Of a stretch of DNA of 64,000 nucleotides, positions 29,801-45,100 are shown piece by piece; the first letter of the stretch is position 1; each line of letters starts with the position of its first letter. The position numbers and the translations under genes are program-made. The DNA is from Eledone cirrhosa (Eukaryota). Below the pieces are notes generated by a model. That model worked only from the letters and a program-made list of their open reading frames with translations. It had not been told where the DNA came from and made no database searches. The stretch spans positions 204,414,001-204,478,000 of the forward strand of contig OZ024742.1 in NCBI GenBank assembly GCA_964016885.1. Reading direction: 5' to 3'.

Positions 29801-32800
29801 GTAATGACTGTTATGTATTGGTGTACCGTCACTGACTGGTGTAATGACTGTTATGTATTGGTGTACTGTCACTGACTGGTGTAATGACTGTTATGTATTG
29901 GTGTACTGTCACTGGTGTAATGACAGTTATGTATTGGTGTACTGTCACAGACTAGTTTAATGACTATTATGTATTGGTGTACTGTCACTGGTGTAATGAC
30001 AGTTATGTATTGGTGTACTGAAACAGACTAGTTTAATGACTGTTATGTATTGGTGTACTGTCACTGACTGGTGTAATGACTGTTATGTATTGGTGTACTG
30101 TCCCTGACTAGTTTAATGACTGTTATGTATTGGTGTACTGTCACTGACTGGTGTAATGACTGTTATGTATTGGTGTACTGTCACTGACTGGTGTAATTAC
30201 TGTTATGTATTGGTGTACTGTCACTTGTGTAATGACTGTTATGTATTGGTGTACTGTCACTGACTGGTGTAATGACTGTTATGTATTGGAGTACTGTCAC
30301 TGGTGTAATGACAGTTATGTATTGGTGTACTGTCACTGGTGTAATGACTGTTATGTATTGGTGTACTGTCACAGACCAGTTTAATGACTGTTATGTATTG
30401 GTGTACTGTCAATGACTGGTGTAATGAGTGTTATGTATTGTTGTACTGTCACTGACTAGTTTAATGACTGTTAAGTATGGGTGTACTGTCACAGACTGGT
30501 GTAATGACTGTTATGTATTGGTGTACTGTCACTGACTGGTGTAATGACTGTTATGTATTGGTGTACTGTCACTGGTGTAATGACTGTTATGTATTGGTGT
30601 ATTGTCTCTGGTGTAATGACTGTTATGTATTGGTGTACTGTCACTGACTGGTGTAATGACTGTTATGTATTGGTGTACTGTCTCTGACTGGTGTAATGAC
30701 TCTTATGTATTGGTGTACTGTCACGGACTGGTGTAATGACTGTTATCTATTGGTGTACTGTCACTGGTGTAATGACTGTTATGTATTGGTGTACTGTGAC
30801 TGACTGGTGTAATGACTGTTATGTATTGGTGTACTGTCACTGACTGGTGTAATGACTGTTATGTATTGGTGCACTGTCACTGACTGGTGTAATGACTATT
30901 ATGTATTGGTGTACTGTCACTGACTGGTGTAATGACTGTTATGTATTGGTGTACTGTCGTTGACTGGTGTAATGACTGTTATGTATTGGTGTACTGTCTG
31001 TGACTGGTGTAATGACTGTTATGTATTGGTGTACTGTCACTGACTGGTGTAATGACTGTTATGTATTGGTGTATTGTCTCTCGTGTAATGACTGTTATGT
31101 ATTGGTGTACTGTCACTGACTGGTGTAATGACTGTTATGTATTGGTGTACTGTCACTGGTGTAATGACTGTTATGTATTGGTGTACTGTCACTGACTGGT
31201 GTAATGACTGTTATGTATTGGTGTATTGTCTCTGGTGTAATGACTGTTATGTATTGGTGTACTGTCACTGACTGGTGTAATGACTGTTATGTATTGGTGT
31301 ACTGTCACTGCTGTAATGACTGTTATGTATAGGTGTACTGTCTCTGATGTAATGACTGTTATGTATTGATGTACTGTCACTGACTGGTGTAATGACTGTT
31401 ATGTATTGGTGTACTGTCACTGGTGTAATGACTGTTATGTATTGGTGTACTGTCACTGGTGTAATGACTGTTATGTATTTGTGTACTGTCACTGGTGAAA
31501 TGACTGTTATGTATTGGTGTACTGTCTCTGGTGTAATGACTGTTATTTATTGGTGTACTGTCACTGGTGTAATGACTGTTATGTATTGGTGTACTGTCAC
31601 TGACTGGTGTAATGACTGTTATGTATTGGTGTACTGTCACTGACTGGTGTAATGACTGTGATGTATTGGTGTACTGTCACTGGTGTAATGACAGTTATGT
31701 ATTGGTGTACTGTCACAGGCTAGTTTAATGACTATTATGTATTGGTGTACTGTCACTGGTGTAATGACAGTTATGTATTGGTATACTGTCACTGACTGGC
31801 GTAATGACTGTTATGTATTGGTGTACTGTCACTGACTGGTGTAATGACTGTTATGTATTGGTGTACTGTCACTGACTGGTTTAATGACTGTTACGTATTG
31901 GTGTATTGTCTCTGGTGTAATGACTGTTATGTATTGGTGTACTGTCTCTGCTGTAATGACTGTTATGTATTGGTGTACTGTCACTGACTGGTGTAATGAC
32001 TGTTATATATTGGTGTACTGTCTCTGACTGGTCTAATGACTGTTATGTATTGGTGTACTGTCACTGACTGGTGTAATGACTGTTATGTATTCGTGTACTG
32101 TCACTGGTGTAATGACTGTTATGTATTGCTGTACTGTCACAGACTGGTGTAATGACTGTTATGTATTGGTGTACTGTCTCTGGTGTAATGACTGTTATGT
32201 ATTGGTGTACTGACGATGGTGTAATGACTGTTATGTATTGGTGTACTGTATCTGGTGTAATGGCTGTTATGTATTGGTGTACTGTCTCTGCTGTAATGAC
32301 TGTTATGTATTGGTGTACTGTCACTGACTGGTGTAATGACTGTTATGTATTGGTGTACTGTCTCTGACTGGTGTAATGACTGTTATGTATTGGTGTACTG
32401 TCACTGACTGGTGTAATGACTGTTATGTATTGGTGTACTGTCTCTGACTGGTTTAATGACTGTTATGTATTGGTGTACTGTCACTGACTGGTGTAATGAC
32501 TGTTATGTATTGGTGTACTGTCACTGACTGGTGTAATGTCTGTTATGCATTGGTGTACTGTCACTGGTGTAATGACAGTTATGTATTGGTGTACTGTCAC
32601 AGACTGGTGTAATTACTGTTATGTATTGGTGTACTGTCACTGGCTGGTGTAATGACTGTTATGTATTGGTGTATTGTCTCTGGTGTAATGACTGTTATGT
32701 ATTGGTGTACTGTCTCTGCTGTAATGACCGTTATGTATTGGTGTACTGTCACTGACTGGTGTAATGACTGTTATGTATCGGTGTATTGTCTCTGGTGTAA

Positions 32801-35800
32801 TGACTGTTATGTATTGGTGTACTGTCTCTGCTGTAATGACTGTTATGTATTGGTGTACTGTCACTGACTGGTGTAATGACTGTTATGTATTGGTGTACTG
32901 TCACTGACTGGTGTAATGACTGTTATGTATTGGTGTACTGTCTCCGACTGGTGTAATGAACGTTATGTATTGGTGTACTGTCACTGACTGGTGTAATGAC
33001 TGTTATGTATTGGTGTACTGTCACTGACTGGTGTAATGACTGTTATGTATTGGTGCACTGTCACTGACTGGTGTAATGACTGTTATGTATTGGTGTACTG
33101 TCACTGACTGGTGTAATGACAGTTATGTATTGGTGTACTGTCACAGACTAGTTTAATGACTGTTATGTATTGGTGTACTGTCACTGACAGGTGTAATGAC
33201 TGTTATGTATTGGTGTACTGTCACTGGTGTAATGACTATTATGCATTGGTGTACTGCCACTGACTGGTGTAATGACTGTTATGTATTGGTGTACTGTCAC
33301 TGGTGTAATGGCAGTTATGTATTGGTGTACTGTCACAGACTAGTTTAATGACTATTATGTATTGGTGTACTGTCACTCGTGTAATAACAGTTGTGTATTG
33401 GTGTACTGAAACAGACTAGTTTAATGATTGTTATGTATTGGTGTACTGTCACTGACTGGTGTAATGACTGTTATGTATTGGTGTACTGTCACTGAATAGT
33501 TTAATGACTGTTATGTATTGGTGTACTGTCACTGACTGGTGTAATGACTGTTATGTATTGGTGTACTGTCACTGGTGTAATGACTGTTATGTATTGGTGT
33601 ACTGTCACTGGTGTAATGACTGTTATGTATTGGTGTACCGTCACTGAGTGGTGTAATGACTGTTATGTATTGGTGTACTGTCACTGCTGTAATGTCAGTT
33701 ATGTATTGGTGTACTGTCTCTGGTGTAATGACTGTTATGTATTCGTGTACTGTCACTGGTGTAATGACTGTTATGTATTGCTGTACTGTCACAGACTGGT
33801 GTAATGACTGTTATGTATTGGTGTACTGTCTCTGGTGTAATGACTGTTATGTATTGGTACTGTCTCTGGTGTAATGACTGTAATGTATTGGTGTACTGAC
33901 ACTGGTGTAATGACTGCTATGTATTGGTGTACTGTATCTGGTGTAATGGCTGTTATGTATTGGTGTACTGTCTCTGCTGTAATGACTGCTATGTATTGGT
34001 GTACTGTCACTGACTGGTGTAATGACTGTTATGTATTGGTGTACTGTCACTGGTGTAATGACTGTTATGTATTGGTGTACTGTCACTGGTGTAATGACTG
34101 TTATGTATTGGTGTACTGTCACTGACTGGTGTAATGACTGTTATGTATTGGTGTACTGTCACTGGTGTAATGTCAGTTATGTATTGGTGTACTGTCTCTG
34201 GTGTAATGACTGTTATGTATTCGTGTACTGTCACTGGTGTAATGACTGTTATGTATTGCTGTACTGTCACAGACTGGTGTAATGACTGTTATGTATTGGT
34301 GTACTGTCTCTGGTGTAATGACTGTTATGTATTGGTGTACTGACGATGGTGTAATGACTGTTATGTATTGGTGTACTGTATCTGGTGTAATGGCTGTTAT
34401 GTATTGGTGTACTGTCTCTGCTGTAATGACTGTTATGTATTGGTGTACTGTCACTGACTGGTGTAATGACTGTTATGTATTGGTGTACTGTCTCTGACTG
34501 GTGTAATGACTGTTATGTATTGGTGTACTGTCACTGACTGGTGTAATGACTGTTATGTATTGGTGTACTGTCTCTGACTGGTTTAATGACTGTTATGTAT
34601 TGGTGTACTGTCACTGACTGGTGTAATGACTGTTATGTATTGGTGTACTGTCACTGACTGGTGTAATGTCTGTTATGCATTGGTGTACTGTCACTGGTGT
34701 AATGACAGTTATGTATTGGTGTACTGTCACAGACTGGTGTAATTACTGTTATGTATTGGTGTACTGTCACTGACTGGTGTAATGACTGTTATGTATTGGT
34801 GTATTGTCTCTGGTGTAATGACTGTTATGTATTGGTGTACTGTCTCTGCTGTAATGACCGTTATGTATTGGTGTACTGTCACTGACTGGTGTAATGACTG
34901 TTATGTATTGGTGTATTGTCTCTGGTGTAATGACTGTTATGTATTGGTGTACTGTCTCTGCTGTATTGACTGTTATGTATTGGTGTACTGTCACTGACTG
35001 GTGTAATGACTGTTATGTATTGGTGTACTGTCACTGACTGGTGTAATGACTGTTATGTATTGGTGTACTGTCTCCGACTGGTGTAATGAACGTTATGTAT
35101 TGGTGTACTGTCACTGACTGGTGTAATGACTGTTATGTATTGGTGTACTGTCACTGACTGGTGTAATGACTGTTATGTATTGGTGTACTGTCACTGACTG
35201 GTGTAATGACAGTTATGTATTGGTGTACTGTCACAGACTAGTTTAATGACTGTTATGTATTGGTGTACTGTCACTGACAGGTGTAATGACTGTTATGTAT
35301 TGGTGTACTGTCACTGGTGTAATGACTATTATGCATTGGTGTACTGTCACTGACTGGTGTAATGACTGTTATGTATTGGTGTACTGTCACTGGTGTAATG
35401 GCAGTTATGTATTGGTGTACTGTCACAGACTAGTTTAATGACTATTATGTATTGGTGTACTGTCACTCGTGTAATAACAGTTATGTATTGGTGTACTGAA
35501 ACAGACTAGTTTAATGATTGTTATGTATTGGTGTACTGTCACTGACTGGTGTAATGACTGTTATGTATTGGTGTACTGTCACTGAATAGTTTAATGACTG
35601 TTATGTATTGGTGTACTGTCACTGACTGGTGTAATGACTGTTATGTATTGGTGTACTGTCACTGGTGTAATGACTGTTATGTATTGGTGTACTGTCACTG
35701 GTGTAATGATTGTTATGTATTGGTGTACTGTCACTGAGTGGTGTAATGACTGTTATGTATTGGTGTACTGTCACTGGTGTAATGTCAGTTATGTATTGGT

Positions 35801-38800
35801 GTACTGTCTCTGGTGTAATGACTGTTATGTATTCGTGTACTGTCACTGGTGTAATGACTGTTATGTATTGCTGTACTGTCACAGACTGGTGTAATGACTG
35901 TTATGTATTGGTGTACTGTCTCTGGTGTAATGACTGTTATGTATTGGTACTGTCTCTGGTGTAATGACTGTAATGTATTGGTGTACTGACACTGGTGTAA
36001 TGACTGCTATGTATTGGTGTACTGTATCTGGTGTAATGGCTGTTATGTATTGGTGTACTGTCTCTGCTGTAATGACTGTTATGTATTGGTGTACTGTCAC
36101 TGACTGGTGTAATGACTGTTATGTATTGGTGTACTGTCTCTGACTGGTGTAATGACTGTTATGTATTGGTGTACTGTCACTGACTGGTGTAATGACTGTT
36201 ATGTATTGGTGTACTGTCTCTGACTGGTGTAATGACTGTTATGTATTGGTGTACTGTCACTGACTGGTGTAATTACTGTTATGTATTGGTGTACTGTCAC
36301 TGGTGTAATGACTGTTATGTATTGGTGTATTGTCTCTGGTGTAATGACTGTTATGTATTGGTGTACTGTCTCTGCTGTAATGACTGTTATGTATTGGTGT
36401 ACTGTCTCTGGTGTAATGACTGTTATGTATTGGTGTACTGTCACTGACTGGTGTAATGACTGTTATGTATTGGTGTACTGTCTCCGACTGGTGTAATGAA
36501 TGTTATGTATTGGTTTACTGTCACTGACTGGTGTAATGACTGTTATGTATTGGTGTACTGTCACTGACTGGTGTAATGACTGTTATGTATTGGTGTACTG
36601 TCTCTGGTGTAATGACTGTTATGTATTGGTGTACCGTCACTGACTGGTTTAATGACTGTTATGTATTGGTGTACTGTCACTGACTGGTGTAATGACTGTT
36701 ATGTATTGGTGTACTGTCACTGGTGTAATGACTGTTATGTATTGGTGTACTGTCACTGGTGTAATGACAGTTATGTATTGGTGTACTGTCACAGACTAGT
36801 TTAATGACTGTTATGTATTGGTGTACTCTCACTGACAGGTGTAATGACTGTTATGTATTGGTGTACTGTCACTGGTGTAATGACTGTTATGTATTGGTGT
36901 ACCGTCACTGACTGGTGTAATGACTGTTATGTATTGGTGTACTGTCACTGACTGGTGTAATGACTGTTATGTATTGGTGTACTGTCACTGGTGTAATGAC
37001 AGTTATGTATTGGTGTACTGTCACAGACTAGTTTAATGACTATTATGTATTGGTGTACTGTCACTGGTGTAATGACAGTTATGTATTGGTGTACTGAAAC
37101 AGACTAGTTTAATGACTGTTATGTGTTGGTGTACTGTCACTGACTGGTGTAATGACTGTTATGTATTGGTGTACTGTCACTGACTAGTTTAATGACTGTT
37201 ATGTATTGGTGTACTGTCACTGACTGGTGTAATGACTGTTATGTATTGGTGTACTGTCACTGACTGGTGTAATTACTGTTATGTATTGGTGTACTGTCAC
37301 TTGTGTAATGACTGTTATGTATTGGTGTACTGTCACTGACTGGTGTAATGACTGTTATGTATTGGAGTACTGTCACTGGTGTAATGACAGTTATGTATTG
37401 GTGTACTGTCACTGGTGTAATGACTGTTATGTATTGGTGTACTGTCACAAACCAGTTTAATGACTGTTATGTATTGGTGTACTGTCAATGACTGGTGTAA
37501 TGACTGTTATGTATTGTTGTACTGTCACTGACTAGTTTAATGACTGTTAAGTATTGGTGTACTGTCACAGACTGGTGTAATGACTGTTATGTATTGGTGT
37601 ACTGTCACTGACTGGTGTAATGACTGTTATGTATTGGTGTACTGTCACTGGTGTAATGACTGTTATGTATTGGTGTATTGTCTCTGGTGTAATGACTGTT
37701 ATGTATTGGTGTACTGTCACTGACTGGTGTAATGACTGTTATGTATTGGTGTACTGTCTCTGACTGGTGTAATGACTCTTATGTATTGGTGTACTGTCAC
37801 GGACTGGTGTAATGACTGTTATCTATTGGTGTACTGTCACTGGTGTAATGACTGTTATGTATTGGTGTACTGTGACTGACTGGTGTAATGACTGTTATGT
37901 ATTGGTGTACTGTCACTGACTGGTGTAATGACTGTTATGTATTGGTGCACTGTCACTGACTGGTGTAATGACTATTATGTATTGGTGTACTGTCACTGAC
38001 TGGTGTAATGACTGTTATGTACTGGTGTACTGTCACTGACTGGTGTAATGACTGTTATGTATTGGTGTACTGTCTGTGACTGGTGTAATGACTGTTATGT
38101 ATTGGTGTACTGTCACTGACTGGTGTAATGACTGTTATGTATTGGTGTATTGTCTCTCGTGTAATGACTGTTATGTATTGGTGTACTGTCACTGACTGGT
38201 GTAATGACTGTTATGTATTGGTGTACTGTCACTGGTGTAATGACTGTTATGTATTGGTGTACTGTCACTGACTGGTGTAATGACTGTTATGTATTGGTGT
38301 ATTGTCTCTGGTGTAATGACTGTTATGTATTGGTGTACTGTCACTGACTGGTGTAATGACTGTTATGTATTGGTGTACTGTCACTGCTGTAATGACTGTT
38401 ATGTATAGGTGTACTGTCTCTGATGTAATGACTGTTATGTATTGATGTACTGTCACTGACTGGTGTAATGACTGTTATGTATTGGTGTACTGTCACTGGT
38501 GTAATGACTGTTATGTGTTGGTGTACTGTCACTGGTGTAATGACTGTTATGTATTTGTGTACTGTCACTGGTGAAATGACTGTTATGTATTGGTGTACTG
38601 TCTCTGGTGTAATGACTGTTATTTATTGGTGTACTGTCACTGGTGTAATGACTGTTATGTATTGGTGTACTGTCACTGACTGGTGTAATGACTGTTATGT
38701 ATTGGTGTACTGTCACTGACTGGTGTAATGACTGTGATGTATTGGTGTACTGTCACTGGTGTAATGACAGTTATGTATTGGTGTACTGTCACAGGCTAGT

Positions 38801-39100
38801 TTAATGACTATTATGTATTGGTGTACTGTCACTGGTGTAATGAAAGTTATGTATTGGTATACTGTCACTGACTGGCGTAATGACTGTTATGTATTGGTGT
38901 ACTGTCACTGACTGGTGTAATGACTGTTATGTATTGGTGTACTGTCACTGACTGGTGTAATGACTGTTACGTATTGGTGTATTGTCTCTGGTGTAATGAC
39001 TGTTATGTATTGGTGTACTGTCTCTGCTGTAATGACTGTTATGTATTGGTGTACTGTCACTGACTGGTGTAATGACTGTTATATATTGGTGTACTGTCAA
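18760..39100 (+). repeat. Large higher-order tandem duplication (period 8682/8798 bp) plus a partial third copy
   Basis: ORF offsets of 8682: 19861->28543, 21499->30181, 22507->31189, 23379->32061. Offsets of 8798: 23839->32637, 24731->33529, 25969->34767, 26821->35619, 27401->36199. The offset 30181->37257 is 7076, which equals 8798-1722. Confidence 0.92.
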
Positions 39101-39119
39101 TGGTGTAATGACAGTTATG

Positions 39120-42100
39120 TATTGGTGTACTGTCACAGACTAGTTTAATGACTATTATGTTTTGGTGTACTGTCACTGGTGTAATGACAGTTATGTATTG
39201 GTGTACTGAAACAGACTAGTTTAATGACTGTTATGTATTGGTGTACTGTCACTGACTGGTGTAATGACTGTTATGTATTGGTGTACTGTCACTGACTAGT
39301 TTAATGACTGCTATGTATTGGTGTACTGTCACTGACTGGTGTAATGACTGTTATGTATTGGTGTACTGTCACTGGTGTAATGACTGTTATGTATTGGTGT
39401 ACTGTCACTGGTGTAATGACTGTTATGTATTGGTGTACTGTCACTGACTGGTGTAATGACTGTTATGTATTGGTGTACTGTCACTGGTGTAATGTCAGTT
39501 ATGTATTGGTGTACTGTCTCTGGTGTAATGACTGTTATGTATTCGTGTACTGTCACTGGTGTAATGACTGTTATGTATTGCTGTACTGTCACAGACTGGT
39601 GTAATGACTGTTATGTATTGGTGTACTGTCTCTGGTGTAATGACTGTTATGTATTGGTGTACTGACGATGGTGTAATGACTGCTATGTATTGGTGTACTG
39701 TATCTGGTGTAATGGCTGTTATGTATTGGTGTACTGTCTCTGCTGTAATGACTGTTATGTATTGGTGTACTGTCACTGACTGGTGTAATGACTGTTATGT
39801 ATTGGTGTACTGTCTCTGACTGGTGTAATGACTGTTATGTATTGGTGTACTGTCACTGACTGGTGTAATGACTGTTATGTATTGGTGTACTGTCTCTGAC
39901 TGGTTTAATGACTGTTATGTATTGGTGTACTGTCACTGACTGGTGTAATGACTGTTATGTATTGGTGTACTGTCACTGACTGGTGTAATGTCTGTTATGC
40001 ATTGGTGTACTGTCACTGGTGTAATGACAGTTATGTATTGGAGTACTGTCACAGACTGGTGTAATTACTGTTATGTATTGGTGTACTGTCACTGACTGGT
40101 GTAATGACTGTTATGTATTGGTGTATTGTCTCTGGTGTAATGACTGTTATGTATTGGTGTACTGTCTCTGCTGTAATGACCGTTATGTATTGGTGTACTG
40201 TCACTGACTGGTGTAATGACTGTTATGTATTGGTGTATTGTCTCTGGTGTAATGACTGTTATGTATTGGTGTACTGTCTCTGCTGTAATGACTGTTATGT
40301 ATTGGTGTACTGTCACTGACTGGTGTAATGACTGTTATGTATTGGTGTACTGTCACTGACTGGTGTAATGACTGTTATGTATTGGTGTACTGTCTCCGAT
40401 TGGTGTAATGAACGTTATGTATTGGTGTACTGTCACTGACTGGTGTAATGACTGTTATGTATTGGTGTACTGTCACTGACTGGTGTAATGACTGTTATGT
40501 ATTGGTGTACTGTCACTGACTGGTGTAATGACTGTTATGTATTGGTGTACTGTCACTGGTGTAATGACTGTTATGCATTGGTGTACTGTCACTGACTGGT
40601 GTAATGACTGTTATGTATTGGTGTACTGTCACTGGTGTAATGGCAGTTATGTATTGGTGTACTGTCACAGACTAGTTTAATGACTATTATGTATTGGTGT
40701 ACTGTCACTCGTGTAATGACAGTTATGTATTGGTGTACTGAAACAGACTAGTTTAATGATTGTTATGTATTGGTGTACTGTCACTGACTGGTGTAATGAC
40801 TGTTATGTATTGGTGTACTGTCACTGAATAGTTTAATGACTGTTATGTATTGGTGTACTGTCACTGACTGGTGTAATGACTGTTATGTATTGGTGTACTG
40901 TCACTGGTGTAATGACTGTTATGTATTGGTGTACTGTCACTGGTGTAATGACTGTTATGTATTGGTGTACTGTCACTGACTGGTGTAATGACTGTTATGT
41001 ATTGGTGTACTGTCACTGGTGTAATGTCAGTTATGTATTGGTGTACTGTCTCTGGTGTAATGACTGTTATGTATTCGTGTACTGTCACTGGTGTAATGAC
41101 TGTTATGTATTGCTGTACTGTCACAGACTGGTGTAATGACTGTTATGTATTGGTGTACTGTCTCTGGTGTAATGACTGTTATGTATTGGTACTGTCTCTG
41201 GTGTAATGACTGTAATGTATCGGTGTACTGACACTGGTGTAATGACTGCTATGTATTGGTGTACTGTATCTGGTGTAATGGCTGTTATGTATTGGTGTAC
41301 TGTCTCTGCTGTAATGACTGTTATGTATTGGTGTACTGTCATTGACTGGTGTAATGACTGTTATGTATTGGTGTACTGTCTCTGACTGGTGTAATGACTG
41401 TTATGTATTGGTGTACTGTCACTGACTGGTGTAATGACTGTTATGTATTGGTGTACTGTCTCTGACTGGTGTAATGACTGTTATGTATTGGTGTACTGTC
41501 ACTGACTGGTGTAATTACTGTTATGTATTGGTGTACTGTCACTGGTGTAATGACTGTTATGTATTGGTGTATTGTCTCTGGTGTAATGACTGTTATGTAT
41601 TGGTGTACTGTCTCTGCTGTAATGACTGTTATGTATTGGTGTACTGTCTCTGGTGTAATGACTGTTATGTATTGGTGTACTGTCACTGACTGGTGTAATG
41701 ACTGTTATGTATTGGTGTACTGTCTCCGACTGGTGTAATGAATGTTATGTATTGGTGTACTGTCACTGACTGGTGTAATGACTGTTATGTATTGGTGTAC
41801 TGTCACTGACTGGTGTAATGACTGTTATGTATTGGTGTACTGTCTCTGGTGTAATGACTGTTATGTATTGGTGTACCGTCACTGACTGGTTTAATGACTG
41901 TTATGTATTGGTGTACTGTCACTGACTGGTGTAATGACTGTTATGTATTGGTGTACTGTCACCGGTGTAATGACTGTTATGTATTGGTGTACTGTCACTG
42001 GTGTAATGACAGTTATGTATTGGTGTACTGTCACAGACTAGTTTAATGACTGTTATGTATTGGTGTACTCTCACTGACAGGTGTAATGACTGTTATGTAT

Positions 42101-45100
42101 TGGTGTACTGTCACTGGTGTAATGACTGTTATGTATTGGTGTACCGTCACTGACTGGTGTAATGACTGTTATGTATTGGTGTACTGTCACTGACTGGTGT
42201 AATGACTGTTATGTATTGGTGTACTGTCACTGGTGTAATGACAGTTATGTATTGGTGTACTGTCACAGACTAGTTTAATGACTATTATGTATTGGTGTAC
42301 TGTCACTGGTGTAATGACAGTTATGTATTGGTGTACTGAAACAGACTAGTTTAATGACTGTTATGTATTGGTGTACTGTCACTGACTGGTGTAATGACTG
42401 TTATGTATTGGTGTACTGTCACTGACTAGTTTAATGACTGCTATGTATTGGTGTACTGTCACTGACTGGTGTAATGACTGTTATGTATTGGTGTACTGTC
42501 ACTGGTGTAATGACTGTTATGTATTGGTGTACTGTCACTGGTGTAATGACTGTTATGTATTGGTGTACTGTCACTGACTGGTGTAATGACTGTTATGTAT
42601 TGGTGTACTGTCACTGGTGTAATGTCAGTTATGTATTGGTGTACTGTCTCTGGTGTAATGACTGTTATGTATTCGTGTACTGTCACTGGTGTAATGACTG
42701 TTATGTATTGCTGTACTGTCACAGACTGGTGTAATGACTGTTATGTATTGGTGTACTGTCTCTGGTGTAATGACTGTTATGTATTGGTGTACTGACGATG
42801 GTGTAATGACTGCTATGTATTGGTGTACTGTATCTGGTGTAATGGCTGTTATGTATTGGTGTACTGTCTCTGCTGTAATGACTGTTATGTATTGGTGTAC
42901 TGTCACTGACTGGTGTAATGACTGTTATGTATTGGTGTACTGTCTCTGACTGGTGTAATGACTGTTATGTATTGGTGTACTGTCACTGACTGGTGTAATG
43001 ACTGTTATGTATTGGTGTACTGTCTCTGACTGGTTTAATGACTGTTATGTATTGGTGTACTGTCACTGACTGGTGTAATGACTGTTATGTATTGGTGTAC
43101 TGTCACTGACTGGTGTAATGTCTGTTATGCATTGGTGTACTGTCACTGGTGTAATGACAGTTATGTATTGGAGTACTGTCACAGACTGGTGTAATTACTG
43201 TTATGTATTGGTGTACTGTCACTGACTGGTGTAATGACTGTTATGTATTGGTGTATTGTCTCTGGTGTAATGACTGTTATGTATTGGTGTACTGTCTCTG
43301 CTGTAATGACCGTTATGTATTGGTGTACTGTCACTGACTGGTGTAATGACTGTTATGTATTGGTGTATTGTCTCTGGTGTAATGACTGTTATGTATTGGT
43401 GTACTGTCTCTGCTGTAATGACTGTTATGTATTGGTGTACTGTCACTGACTGGTGTAATGACTGTTATGTATTGGTGTACTGTCACTGACTGGTGTAATG
43501 ACTGTTATGTATTGGTGTACTGTCTCCGATTGGTGTAATGAACGTTATGTATTGGTGTACTGTCACTGACTGGTGTAATGACTGTTATGTATTGGTGTAC
43601 TGTCACTGACTGGTGTAATGACTGTTATGTATTGGTGTACTGTCACTGACTGGTGTAATGACTGTTATGTATTGGTGTACTGTCACTGACTGGTGTAATG
43701 ACAGTTATGTATTGGTGTACTGTCACAGACTAGTTTAATGACTGTTATGTATTGGTGTACTGTCACTGACAGGTGTAATGACTGTTATGTATTGGTGTAC
43801 TGTCACTGGTGTAATGACTGTTATGCATTGGTGTACTGTCACTGACTGGTGTAATGACTGTTATGTATTGGTGTACTGTCACTGGTGTAATGGCAGTTAT
43901 GTATTGGTGTACTGTCACAGACTAGTTTAATGACTATTATGTATTGGTGTACTGTCACTCGTGTAATGACAGTTATGTATTGGTGTACTGAAACAGACTA
44001 GTTTAATGATTGTTATGTATTGGTGTACTGTCACTGACTGGTGTAATGACTGTTATGTATTGGTGTACTGTCACTGAATAGTTTAATGACTGTTATGTAT
44101 TGGTGTACTGTCACTGACTGGTGTAATGACTGTTATGTATTGGTGTACTGTCACTGGTGTAATGACTGTTATGTATTGGTGTACTGTCACTGGTGTAATG
44201 ACTGTTATGTATTGGTGTACTGTCACTGACTGGTGTAATGACTGTTATGTATTGGTGTACTGTCACTGGTGTAATGTCAGTTATGTATTGGTGTACTGTC
44301 TCTGGTGTAATGACTGTTATGTATTCGTGTACTGTCACTGGTGTAATGACTGTTATGTATTGCTGTACTGTCACAGACTGGTGTAATGACTGTTATGTAT
44401 TGGTGTACTGTCTCTGGTGTAATGACTGTTATGTATTGGTACTGTCTCTGGTGTAATGACTGTAATGTATTGGTGTACTGACACTGGTGTAATGACTGCT
44501 ATGTATTGGTGTACTGTATCTGGTGTAATGGCTGTTATGTATTGGTGTACTGTCTCTGCTGTAATGACTGTTATGTATTGGTGTACTGTCATTGACTGGT
44601 GTAATGACTGTTATGTATTGGTGTACTGTCTCTGACTGGTGTAATGACTGTTATGTATTGGTGTACTGTCACTGACTGGTGTAATGACTGTTATGTATTG
44701 GTGTACTGTCTCTGACTGGTGTAATGACTGTTATGTATTGGTGTACTGTCACTGACTGGTGTAATTACTGTTATGTATTGGTGTACTGTCACTGGTGTAA
44801 TGACTGTTATGTATTGGTGTATTGTCTCTGGTGTAATGACTGTTATGTATTGGTGTACTGTCTCTGCTGTAATGACTGTTATGTATTGGTGTACTGTCTC
44901 TGGTGTAATGACTGTTATGTATTGGTGTACTGTCACTGACTGGTGTAATGACTGTTATGTATTGGTGTACTGTCTCCGACTGGTGTAATGAATGTTATGT
45001 ATTGGTGTACTGTCACTGACTGGTGTAATGACTGTTATGTATTGGTGTACTGTCACTGACTGGTGTAATGACTGTTATGTATTGGTGTACTGTCTCTGGT

